Program-made: the position numbers and the translations under genes
NCBI GenBank assembly: GCA_965220855.1
Contig: CBDCQY010000001.1
Location: 2,098,279 to 2,162,278, forward strand
DNA: 64,000 nt
Direction of reading: 5' to 3'
Origin: Alphaproteobacteria bacterium
GTDB lineage: Bacteria; Pseudomonadota; Alphaproteobacteria; Bin95
The notes under the pieces: generated by a model
The model's database searches: none
What the model saw: only the letters and a program-made list of their open reading frames with translations
What the model was told of the DNA's origin: nothing
In this document: in pieces, positions 31,902 through 40,940 of the stretch
Layout of the letters: each line of letters opens with the position of its first letter
How positions within the stretch are numbered: the first letter of the stretch is position 1

Positions 31902-32100
31902 GGGTCACATAGACTTCATCGCGCAGGCGTCGGCGGACCTCATCGCCGTCGGCAGTCTCGAAGAACAGCGTCAGCGCTTCCGCCAGGTTGTCGCGCGCCT
32001 CGGATACGCTGTCGCCCTGGCTGGCAATGTCCAGCTCCGGGCAGAGCGCGACATAGCTGTCGCCATCCCGCTCGACGATCGCCGTCAATCGTTTGGTCAC
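31879..32100 (-). CDS. hicB: HicB-family antitoxin (core domain only)
   Basis: 73 aa; HicB_lk_antitox/UPF0150-like (TAIVERDGDSYVALCPELDIASQGDSVSEA); 23-nt overlap with hicA. Confidence 0.7.
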   Translation of the reverse strand: MTKRLTAIVERDGDSYVALCPELDIASQGDSVSEARDNLAEALTLFFETADGDEVRRRLRDEVYVTHVEVAVG

Positions 32101-32140
32101 TGCCTGTCTCCCTCGATCGGGCGCATCATGTCCAGGCGGC

Positions 32141-32647
32141 TCAGGCCGCGCTGGCGTAGCAATCCGCAGCTTCGCCGTCGGCGCCGTCGCGCCGGGCGAG
32201 CTCGAATGTCATCGGCAGCGGGCCTTCGGATGTCTGGCGGGGGCTGATCTTCATGCCCGGAATGGCATTCGCCGGGATCTCGACGCCGGGCGCGTGAGGG
32301 GCCAGCAGGTTCAGGACAAGCTGGCGGACGATCTTCTCGGTGAAGCTGCGGGGGCGGGTGCGGTCGTTCTCCCAGCGCAAGACGGTGCGCTTGTCCGAGA
32401 TGCCGATGGCTTCGGCGAACTCCGCTCCCGTGAACAGCAGGGCGCCGCGCAGGAAACGGAGTTCCGCCCCGACCAGCTGGACCGGCGTGAGCGCCCGCGC
32501 CACGGCGATCGTCGCCAGCATCATCCTGACCTTCGGGAAGGTCTTGCTGCCGTCCTCGCTTTCCGTGACGGTGTCGATCAGCGTCACCGGCAGCCCTAAC
32601 TCCACCGTCGCGTCATATTCTTTTACCCGTTGCATTCCCGACTCCAT
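32141..32647 (-). CDS. XRE-like HTH DNA-binding protein (possible third component/regulator of the hicBA locus)
   Basis: 168 aa; MqsA/XRE-like HTH (LVGAELRFLRGALLFTGAEFAEAIGISDKRTVLRWEN) without a zinc ribbon; 40 nt upstream of hicB on the same strand. Confidence 0.5.
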   Translation of the reverse strand: MESGMQRVKEYDATVELGLPVTLIDTVTESEDGSKTFPKVRMMLATIAVARALTPVQLVGAELRFLRGALLFTGAEFAEAIGISDKRTVLRWENDRTRPRSFTEKIVRQLVLNLLAPHAPGVEIPANAIPGMKISPRQTSEGPLPMTFELARRDGADGEAADCYASAA

Positions 32648-32678
32648 ATCCGAGAGAAGACATAACAGATCGCCCCGG

Positions 32679-33695
32679 CTAGTCCGCCACGCGCACGCAC
32701 ATCTTGCCGAAATTGTCGCCGTGGAAGAGGCCGATGAAGGCGTCGGGGGCGGATTCGAGGCCCTCCGAGACGGTCTCGCGCCAGCGCATCCGGCCGTCGC
32801 CTATCCAGCCGCCCATGTCGGCGAGGAAGGCGTCGGTGCGCTCGGCATGGTCGGAGACGATGAAGCCCTGCATCCGGATGCGCTTGCCCACCACCAGAAA
32901 CAGATTGTTGGGGCCGGGCATCGGGCGGCTGTCATTGTAGCGCGCGATCATGCCGCAGGCGACGACACGGCCGAAGAAGTTCATCGCATTCAGCGCAGCT
33001 TCCAGATGCGCGCCGCCGACATTCTCGAAATAGACGTCCACCCCGTCCGGGCAGGCCTCGGCGAGCGCCGCCTGCAGGTCGCCGCAGGTCTTGTAGTTGA
33101 TCGCGGCATCGACGCCGGCTTCGTCCCGCAGCCAGGCGCATTTCTCGTCCGAGCCCGCCGAGCCGACCACCCGGCAGCCCTTCAGCTTCGCGATCTGGCA
33201 GACGACCGCGCCGACCGCGCCCGAAGCGGCGGAGACGAACACCGTCTCGCCCGCCTTGGGCTGGCCGAGGTCCAGCAGGCCGACATAGGCCGTCTGGCCG
33301 GGCATTCCGAGCACGCCCAGATTCGCCTGCAAGGGGGCCAGGTCGGGATCGATGGCGCGCAGCAGCCTGCCGTCGGCGACATGCCAGTCCCGCCAGCCGC
33401 CGCCGACGCCGAACACCAGCGCGCCGGCCGGGAAGCGCCCGCCCTTCGACTTCTCCACCCGGCCGACGAAATAGCCGTCCAGCGGCTCGCCGATGGCGAA
33501 GGGCGGGGCGTAGCTCTTGCGGTCGCTGATCCGCCCCCGGATATAGGGATCGACCGACATCCACAGCGTGCGCACCAGCATTTCGCCGTCGCCCGCCACC
33601 GGCATCGGCGCCGTCTCCAGGGCGAAATTGTCGGGCGTCGGCAGGCCGACCGGCCGGCTCTTGAGCACGATGCGGCGATTCTCGTTCGCGGCCAT
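32679..33695 (-). CDS. NADP-dependent oxidoreductase (MDR superfamily, YncB/prostaglandin reductase-like)
   Basis: Start MAANENRRIVLKSRP; Rossmann motif SAASGAVGAVV. Confidence 0.8.
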   Translation of the reverse strand: MAANENRRIVLKSRPVGLPTPDNFALETAPMPVAGDGEMLVRTLWMSVDPYIRGRISDRKSYAPPFAIGEPLDGYFVGRVEKSKGGRFPAGALVFGVGGGWRDWHVADGRLLRAIDPDLAPLQANLGVLGMPGQTAYVGLLDLGQPKAGETVFVSAASGAVGAVVCQIAKLKGCRVVGSAGSDEKCAWLRDEAGVDAAINYKTCGDLQAALAEACPDGVDVYFENVGGAHLEAALNAMNFFGRVVACGMIARYNDSRPMPGPNNLFLVVGKRIRMQGFIVSDHAERTDAFLADMGGWIGDGRMRWRETVSEGLESAPDAFIGLFHGDNFGKMCVRVAD

Positions 33696-33852
33696 TGGGG
33701 AGGATCTCCAACTCGAAAGACCGAAGGCTATCATGCCGGCCCGACCCGGACAAGATCGAATGTAGCATAAGCTTCATTTTATGGCATCGGGCGCAATTAT
33801 GTGCCCGAGCGATAGATTGACGCCGGGGCTTTGTTGCGCCAGACTGGCGGTC

Positions 33853-34740
33853 ATGCGCTGGCTTTTCGCTCTCCTCCTGGCCGGGTTCGCCCAGGCCGCC
33901 GCCCCGGCCGTCGCCGAGGGAAGGCCGATCGCGACCATCCGGATGATCGCCGAGCCGCTCGGTATCGAGAGCCTGATGGGGCCGGGCGTCGATCCGCATC
34001 TCTACAAGCTCACCCGCGCCGACATCGTGCGCCTGGTGAACGCCTCGCACCTGCTCTATTGCGGCCTCGGCCTCGAGGGCAAGATGCTGGACGCCTTCGA
34101 GCGGCTGAAGCGCGCCGGCAAGCCGGCGTTCGCGGTCTGCGAGGCGGTGCCGGAGGAGAGCCGCCTCAAGGCCGCGCCGGACTATCCGGGCGCGGGCGAC
34201 CCGCATGTCTGGATGGACCCGCTGCTCTGGGCCGAGGCGCTCCGCGCCGCCGCGGCCGAGATCGGCCTCGCGCCCCCCGGCGATTTCGACCGCCTGCACG
34301 CCTATGCCCGCGCCAGCATCGCGAGCATCCCGCAAGAGGCGCGGCTGCTGGTCACCGCCCATGACGCCTTTGCCTATTTCGGGCGCCGCTACGGCCTCGA
34401 AGTGGCCGGCATCCAGGGCGTCAACACCGACTCGGAAGCCGGGCTGAAGGCGATCGAGACGCTGGTGGAGACCGTCGTGGCGCGCCGCCTGCCGGCCGTC
34501 TTCGCCGAATCGACGGTCTCGGAGCGCAATGTCCGCGCCATCGTGGAGGGCGCGGCGGCGCGCGGCCACCGGGTGCGGATCGGCGCGAAGCTCTTCTCGG
34601 ACGCGATGGGGCCTCCGGGCAGCTATGAGGGCAGCTATATCGGCATGATCGACCACAATGTCACCGCGATCGCGCGCGCGCTCGGCGGAAGCGCGCCGCC
34701 CGGCGGGATGCAGGGGAGGCTCGCCGGCGATGGCCTCTGA
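33853..34740 (+). CDS. Metal (Mn/Zn) ABC transporter substrate-binding protein (TroA/MntC/ZnuA cluster 9 family)
   Basis: Start MRWLFALLLAGFAQAAAPA (signal peptide); cluster 9 SBP sequence. Confidence 0.8.
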   Translation: MRWLFALLLAGFAQAAAPAVAEGRPIATIRMIAEPLGIESLMGPGVDPHLYKLTRADIVRLVNASHLLYCGLGLEGKMLDAFERLKRAGKPAFAVCEAVPEESRLKAAPDYPGAGDPHVWMDPLLWAEALRAAAAEIGLAPPGDFDRLHAYARASIASIPQEARLLVTAHDAFAYFGRRYGLEVAGIQGVNTDSEAGLKAIETLVETVVARRLPAVFAESTVSERNVRAIVEGAAARGHRVRIGAKLFSDAMGPPGSYEGSYIGMIDHNVTAIARALGGSAPPGGMQGRLAGDGL

Positions 34741-35491
34741 AGCGCAGCGCGAGCACCGCCCCGCGCCCTTCGAGGCGCGCGGGCTCACGGTCGCCTGGGG
34801 CGGGCGTCCGGCGCTCTGGAATGTGGACCTCCGCCTGCCGGCCTCGGGCCTCGCCGCCGTGGTCGGCCCCAATGGCGCGGGCAAATCCACCCTGTTCAAG
34901 GCGGGTCTCGGCCTCGCGCCGATCCTGACCGGCGAGCTGCGCCTGCTGGGCCAGCCGCCGGGCCGGGCGCGCCGGCGCATCGCCTACATGCCGCAGAGCA
35001 ACCGCATCGACCGGGACTTCCCCGTCTCCGCGCGGGATGTGGCCGCCATGGGCCTCTACGGCCGGGTCGGATGGTTCCGCCGTCTCGGCAAGCGCGAGCG
35101 GGAAGCCGCCGACGCCGCGCTCGACCGGGTGGGCCTCGCCGACTTCCGCCTGCGCCAGATCGGCCGCCTCTCCGGCGGGCAGCAGCAGCGGGTGTTCCTT
35201 GCCCGCGCGCTCGCCCAGGAGGCCGAACTGCTGCTGCTGGACGAGCCGTTCTCGGGCATCGACGCGGCTTCCGAGGCCGCGATCTTCGACGTGCTGGCGG
35301 CGCTGGAGCGCGAGGGCCGCCATATCGTCTGCATTCATCACGATCTCGAGACCGTCGCGCGCTATTTCGACCATGTGACGGTGCTGAACGCCGCCGTGAT
35401 CGCCAGCGGCCCGCCCGCCGGCGCGCTGGCGGCGGAGACGCTGCGGCGCGCCTATCGCACGGCCGGCCCGCCCCGGCTGGCGGCGGCGTGA
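34730..35491 (+). CDS. Metal ABC transporter ATP-binding protein
   Basis: Walker A GPNGAGKST, LSGGQQQR signature, Walker B LLLLDEP. Confidence 0.85.
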   Translation: MASEAQREHRPAPFEARGLTVAWGGRPALWNVDLRLPASGLAAVVGPNGAGKSTLFKAGLGLAPILTGELRLLGQPPGRARRRIAYMPQSNRIDRDFPVSARDVAAMGLYGRVGWFRRLGKREREAADAALDRVGLADFRLRQIGRLSGGQQQRVFLARALAQEAELLLLDEPFSGIDAASEAAIFDVLAALEREGRHIVCIHHDLETVARYFDHVTVLNAAVIASGPPAGALAAETLRRAYRTAGPPRLAAA

Positions 35492-36648
35492 ACGACGAAG
35501 CCGGGGCGCTGCTGGCGGCGCTGACCTTCCGGGCCGGCTACAACAGCGCCGTCGCGATGGCCGGCGCGGCGCTGCTCGGCGCGGCCGCGGCCGGCGTCGG
35601 CGTCTTCCTGATGCTGCGCGCCCGCACGCTCGCGGCCGACGCCATCGGCCACGCGACCCTGCCCGGCATCCTGCTCGCCTTCATCGCTGCGCTGGCGCTC
35701 GGCGGGGAAGGGCGCGCGCTGCCGGCGCTGCTGGCGGGCGCGGCCGTCACCGGCGCGCTCGGCATGGCGGCGGCCGAACTGCTGACTCGGCGCACCCGGC
35801 TTGCGCCCGACGCGGCGATCGCGGTCGCGCTCAGCGTCTTCTACGCCCTCGGCGTGGTGCTGCTCTCCTGGGTGCAGACCTTGCCGGCAGGCGGTCAGGG
35901 CGGCCTGCGGACCTTTCTGCTGGGCCAGGCGGCGGCGCTCTCGGCGGCGGAGGCGCAGGGCCTCGCCATCGCGGCGCTGCTGGTGTTCGCGCTGCTGCTG
36001 GCGCTTTTCCGGCCGCTGGCGCTGCTCAGCTTCGACGAGGACCATGCGCGGGCCGGCGGCTGGCCGGTCGCGAAGCTGGACGCGACCCTGCTGGCGCTCG
36101 CCGTGCTGGTCACGGTGCTGGGCCTCCAGACCGTCGGGCTGGTGCTGATCGTGGCCTTGCTGGCGCTGCCGGCGGTGGCGGCCCGCTTCTGGTCGGAGGG
36201 CCTCTCGCGCCTCTTTGCGCTCGCGGTCGCCTTCGGCGCGGGCGGGGCCTTTCTGGGCGCGGGCGTTTCCGCCGTCTGGCCGCGCGCGCCGACCGGCGCC
36301 TCGATCGTGCTGGCGCTCGGCGCGATCTTTCTGGCGAGCCTGCTGGCCGCGCCCCGGCGCGGCCTCCTGGCGGAGCTGCTGCGGCGCGGGCAGGCGGGCT
36401 GGCGGCTCCGCGCCGCGCGGGCGCTGCAGGGCGGCCGGCCGACGGCCGGCGCGCTGCTGTTCGGCTGGCGGCGCGGCGGCAGGCTGACGGCGCGCGGCCG
36501 GGCCGCGCTCGCCCGGCTCGAACTCTGGGACCGGCTGCTGGCCGAGGCCCCGGAGGCCGCGCCGCCGGACCTCGCCTGGGGGCTCGACCCCCTGCCGGCG
36601 GAACTGCTGGAGGGGCTGGCGGCGCGGCGGGCGGGAGAGGACCGGTGA
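35488..36648 (+). CDS. Metal ABC transporter permease with ~100-aa C-terminal extension
   Basis: GTG start 35488 overlapping ATPase TGA (GTGA); TroC/MntB-like 8-9 TM core followed by an Arg-rich hydrophilic tail. Confidence 0.75.
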   Translation: MNDEAGALLAALTFRAGYNSAVAMAGAALLGAAAAGVGVFLMLRARTLAADAIGHATLPGILLAFIAALALGGEGRALPALLAGAAVTGALGMAAAELLTRRTRLAPDAAIAVALSVFYALGVVLLSWVQTLPAGGQGGLRTFLLGQAAALSAAEAQGLAIAALLVFALLLALFRPLALLSFDEDHARAGGWPVAKLDATLLALAVLVTVLGLQTVGLVLIVALLALPAVAARFWSEGLSRLFALAVAFGAGGAFLGAGVSAVWPRAPTGASIVLALGAIFLASLLAAPRRGLLAELLRRGQAGWRLRAARALQGGRPTAGALLFGWRRGGRLTARGRAALARLELWDRLLAEAPEAAPPDLAWGLDPLPAELLEGLAARRAGEDR

Positions 36649-37541
36649 GCCTTTTCTGGCAGGTGGACTTCCCGGCGCTGCTGGCGGCCGGCCTCGCCTC
36701 CGGCCTTTGCGCCCTGCTCGGCAATTTCCTGGTGCTGCGCCGGGAGAGCCTCCTGGGCGACGCCATCGCCCATGCGGTGCTGCCGGGCATTGTCGGCGGC
36801 TTCCTGCTCGCCGGCGCGCTGGCCGCGCCGGCCATGCTGGCGGGCGCGCTGGCGGCGGCGCTGGCGGCGGCGGCGGCGATCCATCTGGTGCGCCGCTTCG
36901 GGCGCATCGAGCCCGGCGCCGCCATGGGCGCGGTGTTCACCGTCATGTTCGCGGCCGGCGTGTTCATGCTGGAGCAGGCGGCGGCGCGCAATCTGCATAT
37001 CGACGTGGACTGCGTGCTCTACGGCCAGCTGGAGGACATTCTGTGGCTGGACGCGCCCGACCCGCTGGCGCTGCCGCGCGAGGTGTGGACGCTGGCGGCC
37101 GTCTTCGCGGCCGCCGGCGCGGCCGCGCTGCTGCTTGCGAAGGAGATCCGGCTCGCGGCCTTCGACCCCGATTTCGCCGCTGCGCTCGGCTTTCGGCCGG
37201 GCCTCGTTCACGCCGGCGCGGTGCTGTTCGTGGCGGCGGCGGCGATCGCCTCCTTCGAGGCGGTCGGCTCGATCCTGGTGATCGCCATGCTGATCTGCCC
37301 GGCCGCCGCCGCCCGGCTGCTGACCGACCGCTACCGCGCGCAGATCCTGCTGAGCATGGGCGTCGGCGTCGGCTCCGCGCTTGCCGGCTATCTGCTGGCC
37401 GGCTTCGGTCCGGCGGCGTTCGGCGCTTCCTGGTCGCTCAACGCCGCCGGCTGCATCGCCGCGCTCTCCGGCCTCGCCGTCGCCGCGGCCGCGCTGTTCG
37501 GGCCCTGTCGCCGGGGCTACCGGCCTTCGAGCATGGCCTGA
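36645..37541 (+). CDS. Metal ABC transporter permease (second)
   Basis: GTG start overlapping upstream TGA; TroD/MntD-like sequence. Confidence 0.8.
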   Translation: MSLFWQVDFPALLAAGLASGLCALLGNFLVLRRESLLGDAIAHAVLPGIVGGFLLAGALAAPAMLAGALAAALAAAAAIHLVRRFGRIEPGAAMGAVFTVMFAAGVFMLEQAAARNLHIDVDCVLYGQLEDILWLDAPDPLALPREVWTLAAVFAAAGAAALLLAKEIRLAAFDPDFAAALGFRPGLVHAGAVLFVAAAAIASFEAVGSILVIAMLICPAAAARLLTDRYRAQILLSMGVGVGSALAGYLLAGFGPAAFGASWSLNAAGCIAALSGLAVAAAALFGPCRRGYRPSSMA

Positions 37542-38116
37542 TAGTGGTCGGTGTTGCGCTCGGCGGTCAGCACGCGGTGGAGGCTGTCGAGGTCGCGCCG
37601 GGCGTTGGGGGAAAGCGCGACGCCCTCCAGCCCCTTCAGGAAATGGAAGCAGCAGACATTCAGCATGTGGCCGAGCTCGTATTCCGTCTTGATGGAGACG
37701 CGCTCGAAGCCGCGCGCGCTGCGCTGGGCGGAGCAGACGATCTTGGCGCGCCCGCGATGGATGAAGGACAGGCCGCCGCGCGCGTCCACGGCGTCGGCCC
37801 CGAACTGCTCCGCCAGGCGCCGGCGGATCAGCATCTCGGGACGCTTCTTCAGCGAGCAGTCATAGTTGTAGCCGGTGCTGATCGAGCCGGGACTGTCCAC
37901 CAGCACCGGCTTGCGGCTTCCGGTCAGAACCTTGTCGAACAGCCCGTCGAGCATGTCGGTGTGGACCTGCACCAGATCGCGCATGGCCCCCTTGACATCC
38001 TCCTGGCTGTCGCCGGTCGCCGGCTCCACGCCATATTCGCCGCTCAGCGAGAACAGGCCGCCCTTTCCGCCTTCCAGGGTGAAGTAGTAGTAGAACTGGG
38101 TCATCTCGACACGCAT
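37517..38116 (-). CDS. Hypothetical protein (no recognisable family; hydrophilic, CC pair)
   Basis: 199-aa ORF with slightly lower GC; N-term MTQFYYYFTLEGG; no TM or signal peptide; convergent 25-nt overlap with the permease. Confidence 0.45.
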   Translation of the reverse strand: MRVEMTQFYYYFTLEGGKGGLFSLSGEYGVEPATGDSQEDVKGAMRDLVQVHTDMLDGLFDKVLTGSRKPVLVDSPGSISTGYNYDCSLKKRPEMLIRRRLAEQFGADAVDARGGLSFIHRGRAKIVCSAQRSARGFERVSIKTEYELGHMLNVCCFHFLKGLEGVALSPNARRDLDSLHRVLTAERNTDHYQAMLEGR

Positions 38117-38142
38117 GACAATCCTCCATCGGTTCGGGAGGA

Positions 38143-39804
38143 CTATACACCGCCGCGATAACCGTTGACTATGGGGTAGCGCCGGTCGCGGCCGAAGGCC
38201 CGGCGAGTGAGCTTCACGCCCGGCGGAGCCTGGCGGCGCTTGTATTCGGCGATGTCGAGCATCCGCCAGACGCGCTGGACGGTCTCCGGCGCATGGCCGC
38301 GCGCCGCGATCTCCGCCACCGAGCGCTCATCCTCGATCAGGCATTCGAGGATGTCGTCGAGCGCGTCATAGGGCGGCAGGCTGTCCTGGTCGGTCTGGTC
38401 GGGGCGGAGCTCGGCCGAGGGCGGCTTGTCGATGATGTTCTGCGGCACGACCGCGCCCGCAGGCCCGAGCGCGTCTTCCGGGCGGTTCTCGTTGCGCCAG
38501 CGGGCGAGCGCGAAGACGGTCGTCTTGTACACATCCTTCAGAACATTGTAGCCGCCGCACATGTCGCCATAGAGGGTGGCGTAGCCGACCGACATTTCCG
38601 ACTTGTTGCCGGTGGAGAGCACCATATGGCCGAACTTGTTGGAGAGCGCCATGAGCGTAAGGCCGCGCGCGCGGGCCTGGATGTTCTCCTCGGTCGTGTC
38701 CTCGTCCCGGCCGGCGAAGGCGTCGGCGAGCATCCGGCCGAAGGCCGCCATGGCCGGCTCGATCGAGACGATCTCATAGGAGGAGCCGAGCGCCGCCACC
38801 GCGTCGCGGGCGTCGTCGAGCGAGGCCTGGGAGGTGTGGGGCGAGGGCATCATCACGCAGCGCACCCGCTCCGCCCCGAGCGCATCGACGGCGACCGCGG
38901 CCGAGAGCGCCGAGTCGATGCCGCCCGACAGGCCGAGCACCACGCCCGGAAAGCGGTTCTTGTTCACATAGTCGCGGAGGCCCAGCATCATCGCGCGATA
39001 GATGTCCGCGAGGCCGTCGCCGCCCGGCGCCATCGGGCCGTCCGCGCAGTCCCAGCCGTCGGGGCCGCGCCGCCACTCGGTGAGCGCGACGCTTTCGGTC
39101 CAGGCCGGCAGCTGCGCCTTCAGCGCCCGGTCGCGCCCGATGACGAAGGAGGCGCCGTCGAACACCAGCTCGTCCTGGCCGCCGACCTGGTTGATATAGG
39201 CCAGCGCCAGGCCGCTCTCGACCGTGCGCGCCATGGCGATGTTGAGGCGCACATCGTCCTTGGTGACCTCGAAGGGCGAGCCGTTGGGCACCAGCAGCAG
39301 TTCGGCCCCGCTCTCCTCCAGGCATTCCACCACCGGCGGCGACCAGATGTCCTCGCAGATCGGAACGCCGATGCGCACATCGCGGAACGGGATCGGCCCC
39401 GGCATCTCGCCGGCGGCGAAGACGCGCTTCTCGTCGAACACGCCGTAATTGGGCAGGATCGCCTTGTAGCGCAGCGCCTGCACCGCGCCGCCGTCGAGCA
39501 GCGCCACGGCGTTGTAGAGCCGCCCGTCCTCGTCCGCGCGCCAGGGCAGGCCGACCAGCAGCGCCGGCCCGCCATCGGCGGTTTCCGCCGCCAGCGCCTC
39601 GCAGGCCTCCCGGCAGGCGTCCTGGAAGGCGGGCTTCAGCACCAGGTCCTCGGGCGGATAGCCGGAGAGCGCCAGTTCCGGGAAAACCGCCAGATCGGCC
39701 CCGGCCGCCTCTGCGCGGGCGCGGCGGATGCGCCCGGCATTGCCGGCGATGTCGCCCACGGTGGGGTTGATCTGGGCGATGGCGATCGCGAGCCGGTCGG
39801 TCAT
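38143..39804 (-). CDS. nadE: Glutamine-dependent NAD+ synthetase
   Basis: 553 aa; N-terminal nitrilase (CN hydrolase) domain plus C-terminal NAD synthetase domain with SGGIDS PP-loop motif. Confidence 0.9.
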   Translation of the reverse strand: MTDRLAIAIAQINPTVGDIAGNAGRIRRARAEAAGADLAVFPELALSGYPPEDLVLKPAFQDACREACEALAAETADGGPALLVGLPWRADEDGRLYNAVALLDGGAVQALRYKAILPNYGVFDEKRVFAAGEMPGPIPFRDVRIGVPICEDIWSPPVVECLEESGAELLLVPNGSPFEVTKDDVRLNIAMARTVESGLALAYINQVGGQDELVFDGASFVIGRDRALKAQLPAWTESVALTEWRRGPDGWDCADGPMAPGGDGLADIYRAMMLGLRDYVNKNRFPGVVLGLSGGIDSALSAAVAVDALGAERVRCVMMPSPHTSQASLDDARDAVAALGSSYEIVSIEPAMAAFGRMLADAFAGRDEDTTEENIQARARGLTLMALSNKFGHMVLSTGNKSEMSVGYATLYGDMCGGYNVLKDVYKTTVFALARWRNENRPEDALGPAGAVVPQNIIDKPPSAELRPDQTDQDSLPPYDALDDILECLIEDERSVAEIAARGHAPETVQRVWRMLDIAEYKRRQAPPGVKLTRRAFGRDRRYPIVNGYRGGV

Positions 39805-40937
39805 CGGCGCCTCAGCAGGAATTCGCGGCCGACCTTCACGCTCGGCTTGCCGTCATATTCGACGATGTCGGCCGTCGCATAGGTCTCGGACCACTGGTCG
39901 GGGAGATAGGAGCCGGTGCCGATGGTATCGACCGGCGCCTGGGCCAGCGCCATCACGCGGCACTTGCCGGGGGTGAAGCCGGAGGAGGCGGTGATCTTCG
40001 CCATCGGGAAGCCGGCGGCGTCCAGCGTCTCGCGCAGATGCCAGATCGCGGCAGCGGTGACGCCGGTGCCGACCAGATGGCGCATCTCGCCCTCGGTGCG
40101 ATAGTCGCGAATCGCGCGCGGCGCGTTGCGGTCCAGCACTTCGTAGGATTTCTGCAGGTCGAGCCCCTCGGCGTAGCGCCCGCCATGGGTGTCGAGGCGG
40201 ATCGACACGCGTCCGGCCGCCGCCATCTCCGGGAAGCGCCGGCAGACCGCGACCGCATCCGACATCTCCGCGCCGTAATAGTCGGTGACCACGGTGAGCG
40301 GCTCGTCGGGGAAGGTCTCCACGAACATTTCCGCCGCCCGCAGGGTCGAGCCGGCATAGCCGATCAGCCCGTGCGGCATGGTGCCGAGGCCGCGCTTCGC
40401 GCCGAAGAAATGCGCCGTCGCGTCGGTCGCGTTGCCGACGAAGCCGACCGCGCCGACCTCGCGCCGGGCCGCCGCCGAGCCGACGCTGGCGGCGTAGGCC
40501 ATGATCTCGGCCATGTCGGTGCCGGCGCAGTGGCGCGCATCCATTGCCAGGAAGCCGACCTTCGGCAGCGCCATGCACATGGCGCGCGCATTGTAGGCCG
40601 CAACGCAGGCCGAGCCGAGCTTCTGGAGATAGAGCGTCTCCAGGTCGATCAGATGGCGGAGCGGGCCGGAGATGGTGAGCAGGGGGTCGCCGGCGCCGAC
40701 CCACAGCCCCTCCGCATAGCGCTCCTCGATGTCGAAGGCCGCCCCGCGCGCCGTCGCCACGGCGTTCAGCCATTCGATCGTCAGCCGGGCGGCGGAGACC
40801 ACCGGGCGGCGCATGAAGACCGCATAGACCACCCGCATGTCGCCGAAGCGCTCGACGACCGCCTTGCTCTTGCTGAAATAGGCGTCCGTATAGTGCGGGA
40901 CGTCGGCTGCGTCCGGCTGCGGCGGGGCGCCGTCCAT
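39801..40937 (-). CDS. Nicotinate phosphoribosyltransferase-family protein (type II/archaeal-like NAPRTase)
   Basis: 378 aa; TDAYFSKSK start and phosphoribosyltransferase type II similarity; 4-nt overlap with nadE start. Confidence 0.65.
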   Translation of the reverse strand: MDGAPPQPDAADVPHYTDAYFSKSKAVVERFGDMRVVYAVFMRRPVVSAARLTIEWLNAVATARGAAFDIEERYAEGLWVGAGDPLLTISGPLRHLIDLETLYLQKLGSACVAAYNARAMCMALPKVGFLAMDARHCAGTDMAEIMAYAASVGSAAARREVGAVGFVGNATDATAHFFGAKRGLGTMPHGLIGYAGSTLRAAEMFVETFPDEPLTVVTDYYGAEMSDAVAVCRRFPEMAAAGRVSIRLDTHGGRYAEGLDLQKSYEVLDRNAPRAIRDYRTEGEMRHLVGTGVTAAAIWHLRETLDAAGFPMAKITASSGFTPGKCRVMALAQAPVDTIGTGSYLPDQWSETYATADIVEYDGKPSVKVGREFLLRRR

Positions 40938-40940
40938 CGC

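Noticed and set aside
37517-38116. Possible V4R or globin-like assignment for the 199-aa hypothetical protein
   Set aside because: Motif resemblance (CCFHF, LYYFT-like) is superficial. The composition is not helical-globin-like and the V4R cysteine spacing does not fit, so it is left as hypothetical.
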